Shown here: positions 1 through 9,034 of the stretch, one piece after another | How positions within the stretch are numbered: position 1 is the first letter of the stretch | Layout of the letters: each line of letters starts with the position of its first letter | Assembly: GCA_017621015.1 (NCBI GenBank) | Contig: JAGAUC010000004.1 | Coordinates: 1 to 29,036, forward strand | Direction of reading: 5' to 3' | Source: Clostridia bacterium | GTDB lineage: Bacteria > Bacillota > Clostridia > Oscillospirales > CAG-272 | Length of the DNA: 29,036 nucleotides | The notes under the pieces: model-generated | The model's input: only the letters and a program-made list of their open reading frames with translations | Databases searched by the model: none | What the model was told of the DNA's origin: nothing | Position numbers and translations under genes: made by a program

Positions 1-50
1 GGACCGACCGGTTATGAGCCGGTAGCTCTAACCAACTGAGCTAATGGCCC
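1..50 (-). tRNA. tRNA with CAU anticodon (probably Ile2/lysidine type), 5' part only; 3' end lies outside the window
   Basis: Reverse complement reads GGGCCATTAGCTCAGTTGGTTAGAGCTACCGGCTCATAACCGGTCGGTCC: D-arm AGCTCAGTTGGTTAGAGC and anticodon stem ACCGG-CTCATAA-CCGGT. Ile2 versus Met is assigned from resemblance to Firmicute Ile2 tRNAs only. Confidence 0.9.
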
Positions 51-69
51 GTATAAAAACGGCTTTATT

Positions 70-98
70 ATTATATAACGAACGGGCCGGAAAGTCAA
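70..98 (-). promoter_or_regulatory. sigmaA promoter for the tRNA
   Basis: Minus strand TTGACT-N17-TATAAT, 20 nt upstream of the tRNA 5' end. Confidence 0.8.
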
Positions 99-192
99 GA
101 GGTTTGACGAAATTTTGTTTGCCCGATGCAAAGCGGAATTTCTCACTTGGTCATTGCATATACATTAGCAAAGACATAAAAAGGGGGAGAAT

Positions 193-783
193 ATGAAAAT
201 CGGAAAATGGGGAATTGTCCTTTTGGCGGTCATAGCTTTGGTTTTCGGCTTTAAGCTTTTGGAGGGGGGAAAAGGAGAGGACGAGGCAAAGTCGGCTCTG
301 TATTATAAGGAGCGTACTGAGGCGCTTGAGAGCGAGCTTGCCGCCCTTAGGCGGGATCAATACGCCGTCCTTGCAACCTATCGGGAGCAGATGGAGGAGC
401 TGGAGGCGGAGCTTGCCAAAAGCAAGGGGGAATATCTTTATGTGGTAGAGGACGGCGAGGTCACGCTTACGGGGTACAGCGGCAAGGAGAAAAATGTCAC
501 ATTGCCGAGTGCAATCGACGGACTTCCCGTGACTGCGATCGGCAAGGAGGCCTTTAAAAATACAGCGGTTGAGAGCGTGATCCTTCCGAGTAGCATCCGA
601 AAGATCGATTGGTTTGCCTTCTACGGCTGCCGCAATCTCGGAAGCATTGCCATTCCCAAAAGCGTGGAGAAGATCGAATACGGTTGCTTTGACGGCTGCT
701 CCTCGCTTTCCGTCTACTGTGAAAAGGGAAACTTTGCCGAGCAATACGCCAAAAGCTATGGCCTTAGAGTTGTCAGCGAATAA
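193..783 (+). CDS. Membrane-anchored BspA-type leucine-rich repeat protein with coiled coil
   Basis: SD GGGGGAG; N-terminal hydrophobic helix; heptad-rich segment; LRR_5-like repeats (VTAIGKEAF, IRKIDWFAFYGC, VEKIEYGCFDGC). Confidence 0.85.
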   Translation: MKIGKWGIVLLAVIALVFGFKLLEGGKGEDEAKSALYYKERTEALESELAALRRDQYAVLATYREQMEELEAELAKSKGEYLYVVEDGEVTLTGYSGKEKNVTLPSAIDGLPVTAIGKEAFKNTAVESVILPSSIRKIDWFAFYGCRNLGSIAIPKSVEKIEYGCFDGCSSLSVYCEKGNFAEQYAKSYGLRVVSE

Positions 784-811
784 AAGGCCTAGGCTTTCCC
801 TGACCAAAAAC

Positions 812-846
812 AAAGGAGTACGGACATTTTTGTTCGTACTCCTTTT
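812..846. terminator. Bidirectional intrinsic terminator between convergent genes
   Basis: AAAGGAGTACGGAC...GTTCGTACTCCTTTT hairpin with A/T tracts on both sides. Confidence 0.7.
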
Positions 847-872
847 CATATTCCGAATCGCTCGGAAAAATA

Positions 873-1484
873 TTAGATCTGCCGCGGAGAAAACAATTTA
901 AATGCGGCTTCAGACATAACGTAAATATCCGTCTTGTTTTTGCGTTCGCCCCTGCTTGAAACAAATCCGTTCTCATCAAGCCCCGTAATCACTGCCGGCT
1001 TTCCCTTGATCAACACGATCACAATCTCGTCGGTGCTTTTGTGAGGCTTGATTAAAAGTTTTTTTTCGGATGTGGTGGCAACGGTTCCTATGGCATAAAA
1101 AAACTCCCAATATACACCGCCATCGTTTTCACAATGAATGTGAGTTGATTTGTTTGCCGCTTGGTTTGATTGATAGACCTTGTATTTTTGATTTGCCAGA
1201 GTGAATTGAACGGTCTTAACCATCTCGCCCTTGGCGACACATTCGCCATATTTTTTGTAGGTGCCATATACCGAGAGTCGCTCCTCGCTGGCACATTCCA
1301 TAATGTCACCCACATCGCAGTTCAGAGCAAAGCATATTCTGGCTATCGTATCGGTGGTAACCGTTTCATTCTTGGATAATTTTGCTAAGACTCTTGAGCT
1401 GATTCCGGTAATTTCCATCAAATCGGTCTTGCTCATACTCTTGTCAACAAGCAGCTTCCATAGTTTGCTGTAATCCATATACAT
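873..1484 (-). CDS. XRE/Cro-C1 HTH regulator fused to an unrecognised C-terminal domain
   Basis: MYMDYSKLWKLLVDKSMSKTDL...ICFALNCDVGDIME is a typical HTH_26-type domain; start moved to ATG 1484 because SD AAGGCGGTGA precedes it. Confidence 0.8.
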   Translation of the reverse strand: MYMDYSKLWKLLVDKSMSKTDLMEITGISSRVLAKLSKNETVTTDTIARICFALNCDVGDIMECASEERLSVYGTYKKYGECVAKGEMVKTVQFTLANQKYKVYQSNQAANKSTHIHCENDGGVYWEFFYAIGTVATTSEKKLLIKPHKSTDEIVIVLIKGKPAVITGLDENGFVSSRGERKNKTDIYVMSEAAFKLFSPRQI

Positions 1485-1507
1485 ACATTCACCGCCTTTC
1501 CGATAAC

Positions 1508-1536
1508 AGTATATCACAAAACGGTCATGGTGTCAA
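1508..1536 (-). promoter_or_regulatory. sigmaA promoter of the XRE gene
   Basis: Minus strand TTGACA-N17-TATACT with TG extension. Confidence 0.75.
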
Positions 1537-1598
1537 TATAAATTTACGATAGTAAATGTTTTCTTGCTTATCGGCTTCTTTCTGCAGGCAAATATAAC

Positions 1599-1628
1599 TG
1601 TGGCACCTGCTTTACGGCAGGTGCCACA
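1599..1628 (-). terminator. Hairpin downstream of murA (probable terminator)
   Basis: Perfect 12-bp stem TGTGGCACCTGC/GCAGGTGCCACA; U-tract weak. Confidence 0.55.
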
Positions 1629-1644
1629 AGTGGTCCTTTTGTGC

Positions 1645-2922
1645 TTATTGAATATCCGCGCCGAGATCTCTCAGCTTTCCGACGACATTGTAGTAGCCGC
1701 GGCGTATCACGTCAACGCCGGTGATCTCGGAAACCCCCTCGGCCGCCAAAGCAGCGATCATAACAGCGGCACCACCGCGAAGGTCAACTGCCTTGACACG
1801 CGCACCGGTCATCTGATGCTTGCCGATGTACGTGGCGGTCTTGCCGTTAACGATGATGTTCGCGCCCATCTTGCCAAGCTCCTCGGTATAGCGGAAGCGG
1901 CTTTCCCAGATACCCTCGGTGATAATACCTGTGCCCTCGGCAAAGCAAAGCGCCGCGCCAAACTGCGGGTGCATATCGGTCGGAAAGCCGGGATAGGGAA
2001 GGGTCTTTATATTCACGCTTTTCAAATTTCCGTCGGATATAACGGTGATGGCGTCGTCGTGCTCCTCGATCTGAACGCCCATTTCGATCAGCTTGGTCGA
2101 AACGGTCTCCATGTGCTTAGGGATGATGTTGGTCACGCGCACGCGGCCGCCCGTTGTGGCCGCCGCCACCATAAAGGTGCCGGCCTCGATCATATCGGGG
2201 ATGATGGTGTAGGTACAGCCGTGAAGCTTTTTGACACCGCGCACCTTGATGACGCTGGTTCCCGCACCCGTGATATTGGCGCCGCAGGTGTTGAAGAAGT
2301 TGGCAAGGTCAACGATGTGGGGCTCACGCGCCGCGTTTTCGATGACGGTCATACCCTCGGCAAGAACCGAGGCAAGCATTACGTTTACGGTCGCGCCGAC
2401 TGACGTAACGTCAAAATATACGCTGTTTCCAAAAAGACCGTGCTCGGCCACCGCGTTGATGTATCCGTTTTCCATCCAAACCTTAGCACCAAGTGCCTCG
2501 AAGCCCTTAATGTGCTGGTCGATGGGACGGACGCCGAAATCACAGCCGCCGGGGAAATTGACGTTTGCAACACCGAAACGGCCAAGCTCTGCACCCAAAA
2601 GGTATGTAGAGCCGCGCATTTTGCTGACAAGGTCAAAGGGCGCCTGGCCTTGACGGAAGCTTTCGGTGTCAACCTCGACCGTGGTCGGGGTAAGGTAATG
2701 GACTAAGGCACCCATCTCCTGCAAAATTTCAAGAGATTGGGTAACGTCGCTGACTGCGGGCAAATTTTCGATCACGCATTTGCTCTTGGTCAGAATGGTG
2801 GCAAACAGAATGGGCAGAGCCGCATTCTTCATGCCGCTGATATCCACGCTGCCGAAGAGGCGGTTACCGCCTTTTATGATGATCTTATCTGTATCTTGTA
2901 AGGTTGTAGAATTGTTTATCAA
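1645..2922 (-). CDS. murA: UDP-N-acetylglucosamine 1-carboxyvinyltransferase
   Basis: SGMKNAALPIL, FPGGCDFGVRP (catalytic Cys loop retained), PDMIEAGT, YPGFPTD, DLRGGAA motifs. Confidence 0.97.
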   Translation of the reverse strand: MINNSTTLQDTDKIIIKGGNRLFGSVDISGMKNAALPILFATILTKSKCVIENLPAVSDVTQSLEILQEMGALVHYLTPTTVEVDTESFRQGQAPFDLVSKMRGSTYLLGAELGRFGVANVNFPGGCDFGVRPIDQHIKGFEALGAKVWMENGYINAVAEHGLFGNSVYFDVTSVGATVNVMLASVLAEGMTVIENAAREPHIVDLANFFNTCGANITGAGTSVIKVRGVKKLHGCTYTIIPDMIEAGTFMVAAATTGGRVRVTNIIPKHMETVSTKLIEMGVQIEEHDDAITVISDGNLKSVNIKTLPYPGFPTDMHPQFGAALCFAEGTGIITEGIWESRFRYTEELGKMGANIIVNGKTATYIGKHQMTGARVKAVDLRGGAAVMIAALAAEGVSEITGVDVIRRGYYNVVGKLRDLGADIQ

Positions 2923-3125
2923 GTCACATACTCCTTTGCAGAGTCGTTTTTACTGGAGTAATATATATTATATCACATTTTGTCAAAAAAGAAAAGGTTT
3001 TTTTGGATATTTTTTGTGCTTTTTTTCATAAAAATTCAAAAAAGAGCAAAAATTTGCATAAAAAACAGCTTCTCTATTACAGTATATAAAAAAATCGGTC
3101 TTTTGACAGTCCGTCCGTGGGACGA

Positions 3126-4277
3126 TTATCTGTTTTTGTAGTAAGAGACGGCGAGATTGACCACAAGACCGTAGCTTTTCTCGCCCTCCTCGGTACCGTT
3201 GGCCTTAAGATAGCTGTCATTGACCGCGCCCGAGATCTCGGAAATGGCCGTGTCACGGTATTTGTCAAAGAAGACCGAGTAGGCCACCAGTTCGCCCCAC
3301 GCCCGCTCGTCCAGGGCGTCTATGACCCCATGGTACAGAACCTTGCCCTCTGAGGTATCCGCCTCGTAAAGCGCCGAGGCCACATACTCAAACAAATTCA
3401 AAAAGCCGCAATAGCGGATATAATCATTCTCCGAATGGACACACGCGAGAAAGGCCATAAAATTGGCCTCATTTTCTCTTGCAATGCCGCGAGAGTGAGC
3501 CAGCTCATGGGCGGCGGTAAAGGGAAGCGTGTACGCGGGAAAGTCCACATTAAGGTTTGCCTCACCGGTAAAGAAGGTGTAAAAGCCGGTAAAATGCGCG
3601 TAGGACATCGGCACACTGAGAAGCACCGGCTTGATGCGACTTCGATGCGCATGAATAAAGGGATACTGCCCCGCCAGCGTTTTATAAGAGGCGATAAGCT
3701 TTTGATTCATTTCCGCAAGTGAGTAGGGCATCACCGAGGCACCGCTCTCCGTATATCGAACGTCGGAAAGATAAGGCTCCATTTCCTCGATCAGCTTATG
3801 AGCGGTATCCACCAGCTCGTCGGCGGAGACCGCCTCGTCCGCCAGACAAAGGCGCTCGCTGAGCGTGGGGGTGTGATATCCCATGCCGCAGGCCCAGACA
3901 AATACCGAAAAAAACAGCGAGGCGACCGAGACCAGCGAAACGGTGTACGAAAGCACACAGCGCCAGTTTCTCGACTTATGCTTTACGGCGTAGCGGATCA
4001 GAAGCACTAAAAAAAGCGGAAGCATTAGAATCAGAAATTCCGCCAGAGAAAAGGGAAGCAGATTGGTAAGAAAAGCCAAAACGGCACGCAAGGCCGCACC
4101 GATACTCCGATTGCAGAGCTCGGCAAAGGCGGGGTGTTCGCGGCCGATCAGAAGAAGAACAAATGAAAGCAGTCCAAGCCCAAGCAGAACAAGGCTCCAT
4201 ACGGCAATCCTTTCGTCGGGCAATCGGATCTCTCTCGGTATTTTTTTTACAGGGCGTAATTTTGGGGTTTCTTTCAT
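3126..4277 (-). CDS. Membrane protein with zincin HExxH motif (DUF3810-like)
   Basis: Three N-terminal TM segments; PFTGEAN-like TFFTGEAN, AHELAH and ENEANF motifs. Confidence 0.75.
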   Translation of the reverse strand: MKETPKLRPVKKIPREIRLPDERIAVWSLVLLGLGLLSFVLLLIGREHPAFAELCNRSIGAALRAVLAFLTNLLPFSLAEFLILMLPLFLVLLIRYAVKHKSRNWRCVLSYTVSLVSVASLFFSVFVWACGMGYHTPTLSERLCLADEAVSADELVDTAHKLIEEMEPYLSDVRYTESGASVMPYSLAEMNQKLIASYKTLAGQYPFIHAHRSRIKPVLLSVPMSYAHFTGFYTFFTGEANLNVDFPAYTLPFTAAHELAHSRGIARENEANFMAFLACVHSENDYIRYCGFLNLFEYVASALYEADTSEGKVLYHGVIDALDERAWGELVAYSVFFDKYRDTAISEISGAVNDSYLKANGTEEGEKSYGLVVNLAVSYYKNR

Positions 4278-5221
4278 AGCTTTACCTTTTCCAGAAAATC
4301 ATCGGTTCCGAAAACCGTTTGACACAGTTTTGCCATATCGGGCGGAAGCGGTGCGCCAAAGGTGAGCCGCTTCTGCGTCATCGGGTGAGGAAAGGAGAGG
4401 CGGTGGGCGTGAAGAGCCTGCCTGCCAATGCATTCAAAGGGATAGCCGTAAAGGGTATCTCCACAAATGGGATGCCCCATGTCGGCAAAATGGAGACGAA
4501 GCTGATGTGTTCGTCCGGTGATCGGTGCGGCGACCACAAGCGAAAACATATCGTTTGCCTCGATGTATTTGTAGCGCGTCAGTGCAAGCATCGCGCCCTC
4601 GTCCTCCTCTCGGCAGATCTCGCGAAGCATTTTGCTGTCCGGCTTTCGCCGCATAAAGCCGCGAACCTCTCCGTTTTCGGGCGGGATGCGACCGCAAAGC
4701 ACAGCGAGGTAGCTTTTGTGGATCTGTCCTGCCTTCATAGCCTCAGACAGACGGAAGGCCGCCAGCTTGTTCTTGGCAACGAGTACAAGACCGCTTGTGT
4801 CCTTGTCCAGACTGTTGACCGGACGGAAAACAAAGGGACTGCCGATCACGCGGCAAAGATGTGCAAGGCCGTTGGCCAGCGTATCGTCTCTGTGGTCGTG
4901 TGAAGGGTGCGTTGGCATACCGAAGGGCTTGTTGACCAGGATGATGTCCTCATCCTGATAGATAATGTCAAAGTGAAGGTCGCTGGGGACGATCACATCC
5001 TTGTCAAAGGGCTGCTCGGCATCGGTGTAGTTGATGCACAGAGAATCGTTATATAGCACCTTGTTTCGGACGGTGGCGTGGACGCCGTTGAGCAGGATAC
5101 CGTCGGGCTTTTGCTTAAGAAAGGTGATGATCCTTCCGGATAAAGTCAGATCGTTTCTGAGAATCTGTCCGACCGTTTTTCCGTCCTGCTTTTTGCTGAT
5201 TATAATCTCTATTATTGCCAC
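4274..5221 (-). CDS. RluA/RluD-family pseudouridine synthase
   Basis: S4-like N-terminus, VNKPFGMPTHP, LDKDTSG (catalytic Asp), TGRTHQLRLH, QALHA motifs. Confidence 0.93.
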   Translation of the reverse strand: MAIIEIIISKKQDGKTVGQILRNDLTLSGRIITFLKQKPDGILLNGVHATVRNKVLYNDSLCINYTDAEQPFDKDVIVPSDLHFDIIYQDEDIILVNKPFGMPTHPSHDHRDDTLANGLAHLCRVIGSPFVFRPVNSLDKDTSGLVLVAKNKLAAFRLSEAMKAGQIHKSYLAVLCGRIPPENGEVRGFMRRKPDSKMLREICREEDEGAMLALTRYKYIEANDMFSLVVAAPITGRTHQLRLHFADMGHPICGDTLYGYPFECIGRQALHAHRLSFPHPMTQKRLTFGAPLPPDMAKLCQTVFGTDDFLEKVKL

Positions 5222-5378
5222 CCCCTTCTGTCCTATATTCTACCATAATTTTGGGTTAAAAGCAAGCCTCTGCGCCCTCTTTTTTCGGGAAAAGAAAGAG
5301 CAAATACGGCATAAAAGGACAGTAGCTCCGATATACTGTAGGGAAGAAGAATATTCTCACCCGAAAGGAGAAAAAGGT

Positions 5379-6677
5379 ATGAAATTCAAAAGAATTCTTC
5401 TAGGCGCATTGGTGCTTGGCCTTGCGGTCTTGATTGCACCGATGACGTCTGCTATGGAGCGTTCGGACTGTGTGTCCGCAGGACTTCACGTTCTGGCGGC
5501 GCAGACCGAGATGGTAAAGGCGGGACTTGTAAACAACGATATTGTATTTGAGGCAGAGGATTTTGAGCGCAATCTCAACGTCTCGTCTCTTACTTCCGTT
5601 ACTGTCACCTCGCTTCCATCGCGTGCCGACGGCGTGCTGTATCTGGGCAACGGTGAGGTCAGCGTGGGGCAGACCATCTCGCGTGAAAACCTTGGATATC
5701 TCAATTTTGTATTTGCCGGTGAGGAGATACGGGACAGCCGTTTTTGCTTCACGTCCAATCTTGGCGAGTATGAGATCTCCTGCAAGATGTGCTTGTTGGA
5801 AAAACCAAACAGCGCACCGATTGTATCTAGCGATACAAAAAGCTCGGTTTCTGTCGGAACATATCGGGATATTGCCGTATACGGTGAGCTGGAGGCGGTT
5901 GACGCGGAGGGAGACGATTTTGTGTTTGAGATCGTGAGCTATCCGGGGCACGGAACGCTCACACTTGAGGATGCGAGCGTCGGCAGCTATCGCTATTTGC
6001 CCGAGAGTGGATACAGCGGCACGGACAGCTTCCGCTTTGTTGCTGTGGACCGCTACGGAAATTATTCGGCGGCGGCCGAGGTTGCTCTCAGCGTAGGTGT
6101 TCAGAAAAATTATCTGATATATACGGATATGAAGGACAGCGCCTCGCACGCGCCGGCTATCGCCATGACTGAGCGCGGCATCATGAGTGCCTCGGTAATT
6201 GGTGACAATACCTATTTTTATCCCGACAAGACGGTAAGCCGGCTGGACTTTCTGGTGGCGGCTATGAAGTCGATTGGGTACGACGAGGTAGAGGATTGCT
6301 CGGTCACCGTCTTTGATGATGACAGTGAGATATCGGATGGACTTCGCGGATACGTTCGCTTGGCGCGGCAAAAGGGATATGTGAGCGGTAGGATCGACGG
6401 GGAGGGGCGTCTTGTATTTTCACCGGACGATACCATCACACGCGCTGAGGCGGCGGTCATTCTTTCGCGTATGCTTGGCAGATCTTCGTCGGGCGTGCGG
6501 CAGGTATTTGCCGATGCAAATGAGGTACCGGCCTGGGCAAGGGATTCGATCGATGTCCTCGCCTCCTACGGTATCATAGATACGAACAACGGGTACGTGG
6601 ATGCCGACGGAGCGCTGACACGAGGACAAACGGCATATATGCTTTATAAGCTCAGTGAGGTCAAGGGGGAAAGCTAA
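5379..6677 (+). CDS. Secreted S-layer homology (SLH) protein with Ig/cadherin-like domain
   Basis: SD AAAGGAG before ATG 5379; signal peptide; DAEGD...YPGHGTL...YLPESGYSGTDSF Ig-like motif; three SLH repeats (e.g. ITRAEAAVIL, LTRGQTAYML). Confidence 0.85.
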   Translation: MKFKRILLGALVLGLAVLIAPMTSAMERSDCVSAGLHVLAAQTEMVKAGLVNNDIVFEAEDFERNLNVSSLTSVTVTSLPSRADGVLYLGNGEVSVGQTISRENLGYLNFVFAGEEIRDSRFCFTSNLGEYEISCKMCLLEKPNSAPIVSSDTKSSVSVGTYRDIAVYGELEAVDAEGDDFVFEIVSYPGHGTLTLEDASVGSYRYLPESGYSGTDSFRFVAVDRYGNYSAAAEVALSVGVQKNYLIYTDMKDSASHAPAIAMTERGIMSASVIGDNTYFYPDKTVSRLDFLVAAMKSIGYDEVEDCSVTVFDDDSEISDGLRGYVRLARQKGYVSGRIDGEGRLVFSPDDTITRAEAAVILSRMLGRSSSGVRQVFADANEVPAWARDSIDVLASYGIIDTNNGYVDADGALTRGQTAYMLYKLSEVKGES

Positions 6678-6925
6678 TTCCGCTCCCTCTCGCGCATCGT
6701 GATATCCACCAGAAACGCGCCGATCACGGCAATGGTAATGTCCAGCATAATGTATTCCAGCATGGCGCGGTAGAGCTGTGTTGCATAAAGACGAGTGGGA
6801 TATCCCCCAAAAAAGAGCTGTAGTGTGATCAAAAAAAGCTCCGCGAGGATAACGGCGAAGCTGCTGCAAAGGAGGAGAAGCGCGTGACGGGACACCGACG
6901 CCTCGTTCCATTTATGTTTTTTCAT
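6674..6925 (-). CDS. Small two-TM membrane protein
   Basis: SD AGAAGG; two hydrophobic helices; 3' end overlaps the SLH gene stop. Confidence 0.65.
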   Translation of the reverse strand: MKKHKWNEASVSRHALLLLCSSFAVILAELFLITLQLFFGGYPTRLYATQLYRAMLEYIMLDITIAVIGAFLVDITMRERERN

Positions 6926-7153
6926 TCGTATGTAACCTTCTTTTCGGAAAAATTCTGCTTTTATTCTATCATTTGCGCGCTTTTTCGTCCACAGGAAATA
7001 TCGGTAAATCCGTCAAATAAAAGGGAAAAAGGTCGAAAAAACGGAAAGAAACGGCAAATTCGGCATAAATTTTAAAAATTTTTTCGTAAGATTTTTTGCT
7101 ATAATGATTTTTGCGGTTCGCCGTCATTGAAAATCAAAGGAGTGTAAATCAAC

Positions 7154-7465
7154 ATGAAACAGCTCAATGAGAAAACAGAAGAAAAGGAAGGCATTTTGGG
7201 CATGACCGAGATCGGGCGTGCTTCCCGTGAAACATTGTCGGGTTCGGTCGAATATCGCCTGTATCGTAAGGATGTCGAGAGCGAAAGCTTTTGGATAAGC
7301 ATACAGTGTGGGGAGTCGCTCGAGGAGGGATTCCTTGAGGGATGCCTCTCAGAGGTCGCGTTGCTCTTCGAGAAGACCGTAAGCGGTGAGATACCACCCT
7401 ACATTCTTTCCGAGGTTTTGGAGGATTATAGCAGGGAAAGGCTTTTATATTCTTCAAAAAATTGA
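7154..7465 (+). CDS. Small acidic hypothetical protein (DUF6514-like)
   Basis: SD AAGGAG; C-terminal 'IPPYILSEVLED' resembles DUF6514 from memory, not verified. Confidence 0.55.
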   Translation: MKQLNEKTEEKEGILGMTEIGRASRETLSGSVEYRLYRKDVESESFWISIQCGESLEEGFLEGCLSEVALLFEKTVSGEIPPYILSEVLEDYSRERLLYSSKN

Positions 7466-7549
7466 GGAAAGGTCTTTACAAACCAAGCTTTTTTTGCTAT
7501 AATAGGGACATATTTTTGGAAAGGAGACGCCCTTCGGCGTATTTACCAT

Positions 7550-7996
7550 ATGAAGTGTCCCGCTTGTGGTTATTTGGATTGTAAGGTGGTCGACTCCCGT
7601 CCGACCCCCGACGGCAGCATTCGCCGCCGCCGTGAGTGTCTTTCCTGCAAAAAGCGCTTTACCACCTATGAGGTCGTGGAAACGTTGCAGGTCTTTGTGT
7701 TGAAAAAGGACGGCAGCAAGGAGCCGTTTGATCGCGCCAAGCTCCTAACGGGTGTTCTTAAGGCCTGTCAGAAGCGCCCGGTCAATGCCGAGGACGTGGT
7801 AGCGGATATTGAGCTTGAGCTTCAGAATTCGCTCAACCAGGACGTAACGACCAAGGAAATCGGAGAGATGGTGCTCACGCGCCTGAAGAATCTGGACGAG
7901 GTAGCCTACATCCGCTTTGCCTCGGTTTATCGCGAATTTCAAGATCTGGAGACCTTCTTAGCCGAGCTTAAAAAGCTTCGCGGCAAGAAGAAATAA
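7550..7996 (+). CDS. nrdR: Transcriptional repressor NrdR
   Basis: MKCPAC zinc ribbon, RRRREC, ATP-cone, [11 protein letters not shown]. Confidence 0.97.
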   Translation: MKCPACGYLDCKVVDSRPTPDGSIRRRRECLSCKKRFTTYEVVETLQVFVLKKDGSKEPFDRAKLLTGVLKACQKRPVNAEDVVADIELELQNSLNQDVTTKEIGEMVLTRLKNLDEVAYIRFASVYREFQDLETFLAELKKLRGKKK

Positions 7997-8031
7997 GTGT
8001 TTTTCTCCCATTACCACAAATTACATACAAG

Positions 8032-8068
8032 CACCTGCCTGTCTTTCGTGAATAGGCAGGTGTTTTTT
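8032..8068 (+). terminator. Intrinsic terminator after nrdR
   Basis: CACCTGCCT...AGGCAGGTG stem followed by TTTTTT. Confidence 0.75.
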
Positions 8069-8109
8069 CCGTCAATACTTTTTTTGTAACACAAAACAGA
8101 GGTGGCGGA

Positions 8110-8883
8110 ATGTATTATAATAAGGTGCAAATATGCGGAGTCAACACAGCGGAGCTCAAGACGCTCAGCGACGAGGAAAAGCAGGAACTGCTTGTCAAAA
8201 GCCGCGGGGGTGATGAGAATGCCAGACAAAAGCTGATCTACGGAAATCTCCGCTTGGTTCTGAGCGTGATCCAGAGATTTACCGGTCGGAACGAAAATCT
8301 GGATGACCTATTTCAGGTTGGTTGCATTGGTCTTGTCAAGGCGGTGGACAATTTTGATGTCGAAATGAACGTCAAATTTTCAACCTATGCCGTCCCCATG
8401 ATCATCGGAGAGATCCGCCGATATCTCAGGGACAACAACGCCGTGCGTATCAGTCGCTCAGTGCGGGACACGGCGTACCGAGCGCTGAAGGCCAGGGAGG
8501 AGCTGATCCGCGAAAAGGAAAAGGAGCCCACGCTTGACGAGATCGCCAAAAAGCTTGGCGAGCCGCGCGAGAGTGTGCTTCGCGCGATGGAGGCCATCGT
8601 AGATCCCATCTCGCTCTACGAGCCGGTTTACAGCGACGGCGGTGATGCGCTCTATGTGATGGATCAGATCAGCGACAGCGACAGCAGCGACGAGAAGTGG
8701 CTGGAGAGCATAGCCTTAAAGGACGTGATGAAGACCTTAAATGACCGCGAGCGAAAGATCATACAGATGCGCTTTTACCACAACAAAACGCAGGTCGAGA
8801 TCGCGGAGGAGATCGGCATTTCGCAGGCACAGGTCTCGCGCCTGGAGAAGGGTGCGCTTGACAGAATACGAAAACAGATATGA
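8110..8883 (+). CDS. sigG: Forespore sporulation sigma factor SigG
   Basis: N-terminal NKVQICGVNT signature, DDLFQVGCIGLVKA, KFSTYAVPMIIGEIRRYLRD, SQAQVSRLEK. Confidence 0.92.
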   Translation: MYYNKVQICGVNTAELKTLSDEEKQELLVKSRGGDENARQKLIYGNLRLVLSVIQRFTGRNENLDDLFQVGCIGLVKAVDNFDVEMNVKFSTYAVPMIIGEIRRYLRDNNAVRISRSVRDTAYRALKAREELIREKEKEPTLDEIAKKLGEPRESVLRAMEAIVDPISLYEPVYSDGGDALYVMDQISDSDSSDEKWLESIALKDVMKTLNDRERKIIQMRFYHNKTQVEIAEEIGISQAQVSRLEKGALDRIRKQI

Positions 8884-8887
8884 CAAA

Positions 8888-8919
8888 TACGCCGACGGGA
8901 GACCGTCGGCGTTTACTTA
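8888..8919 (+). terminator. Intrinsic terminator after sigG
   Basis: ACGCCGACGG-GAGA-CCGTCGGCGT then TTACTTATTT. Confidence 0.75.
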
Positions 8920-8940
8920 TTTTGAAAATTGTGGTATAAT
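8912..8940 (+). promoter_or_regulatory. sigmaA promoter for the ECF fusion gene
   Basis: TTTACT-N17-TATAAT with TG extension. Confidence 0.6.
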
Positions 8941-9034
8941 TTTAAAAAAGCCCCAACCTTTTTTCTCGCATTTGTGTCTAAAGGACAAGCGCTTAAAAAT
9001 GGGAGATCCCAAAATCCACGAAAGGAGAGTGCAT

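Noticed and set aside
1599-1628. Shared GCACCTGC/GCAGGTG stem with the hairpin at 8031-8062 as a REP-like family
   Set aside because: Only two copies, an 8-bp match and different loops; both are explained as terminators.
5031-5378. 116-aa N-terminal extension of the SLH ORF
   Set aside because: Overlaps the divergent pseudouridine synthase gene; SD and signal peptide start at 5379.
8741-9034. 98-aa N-terminal extension of the ECF ORF
   Set aside because: Overlaps sigG, its terminator and the promoter; a strong SD precedes ATG 9035.
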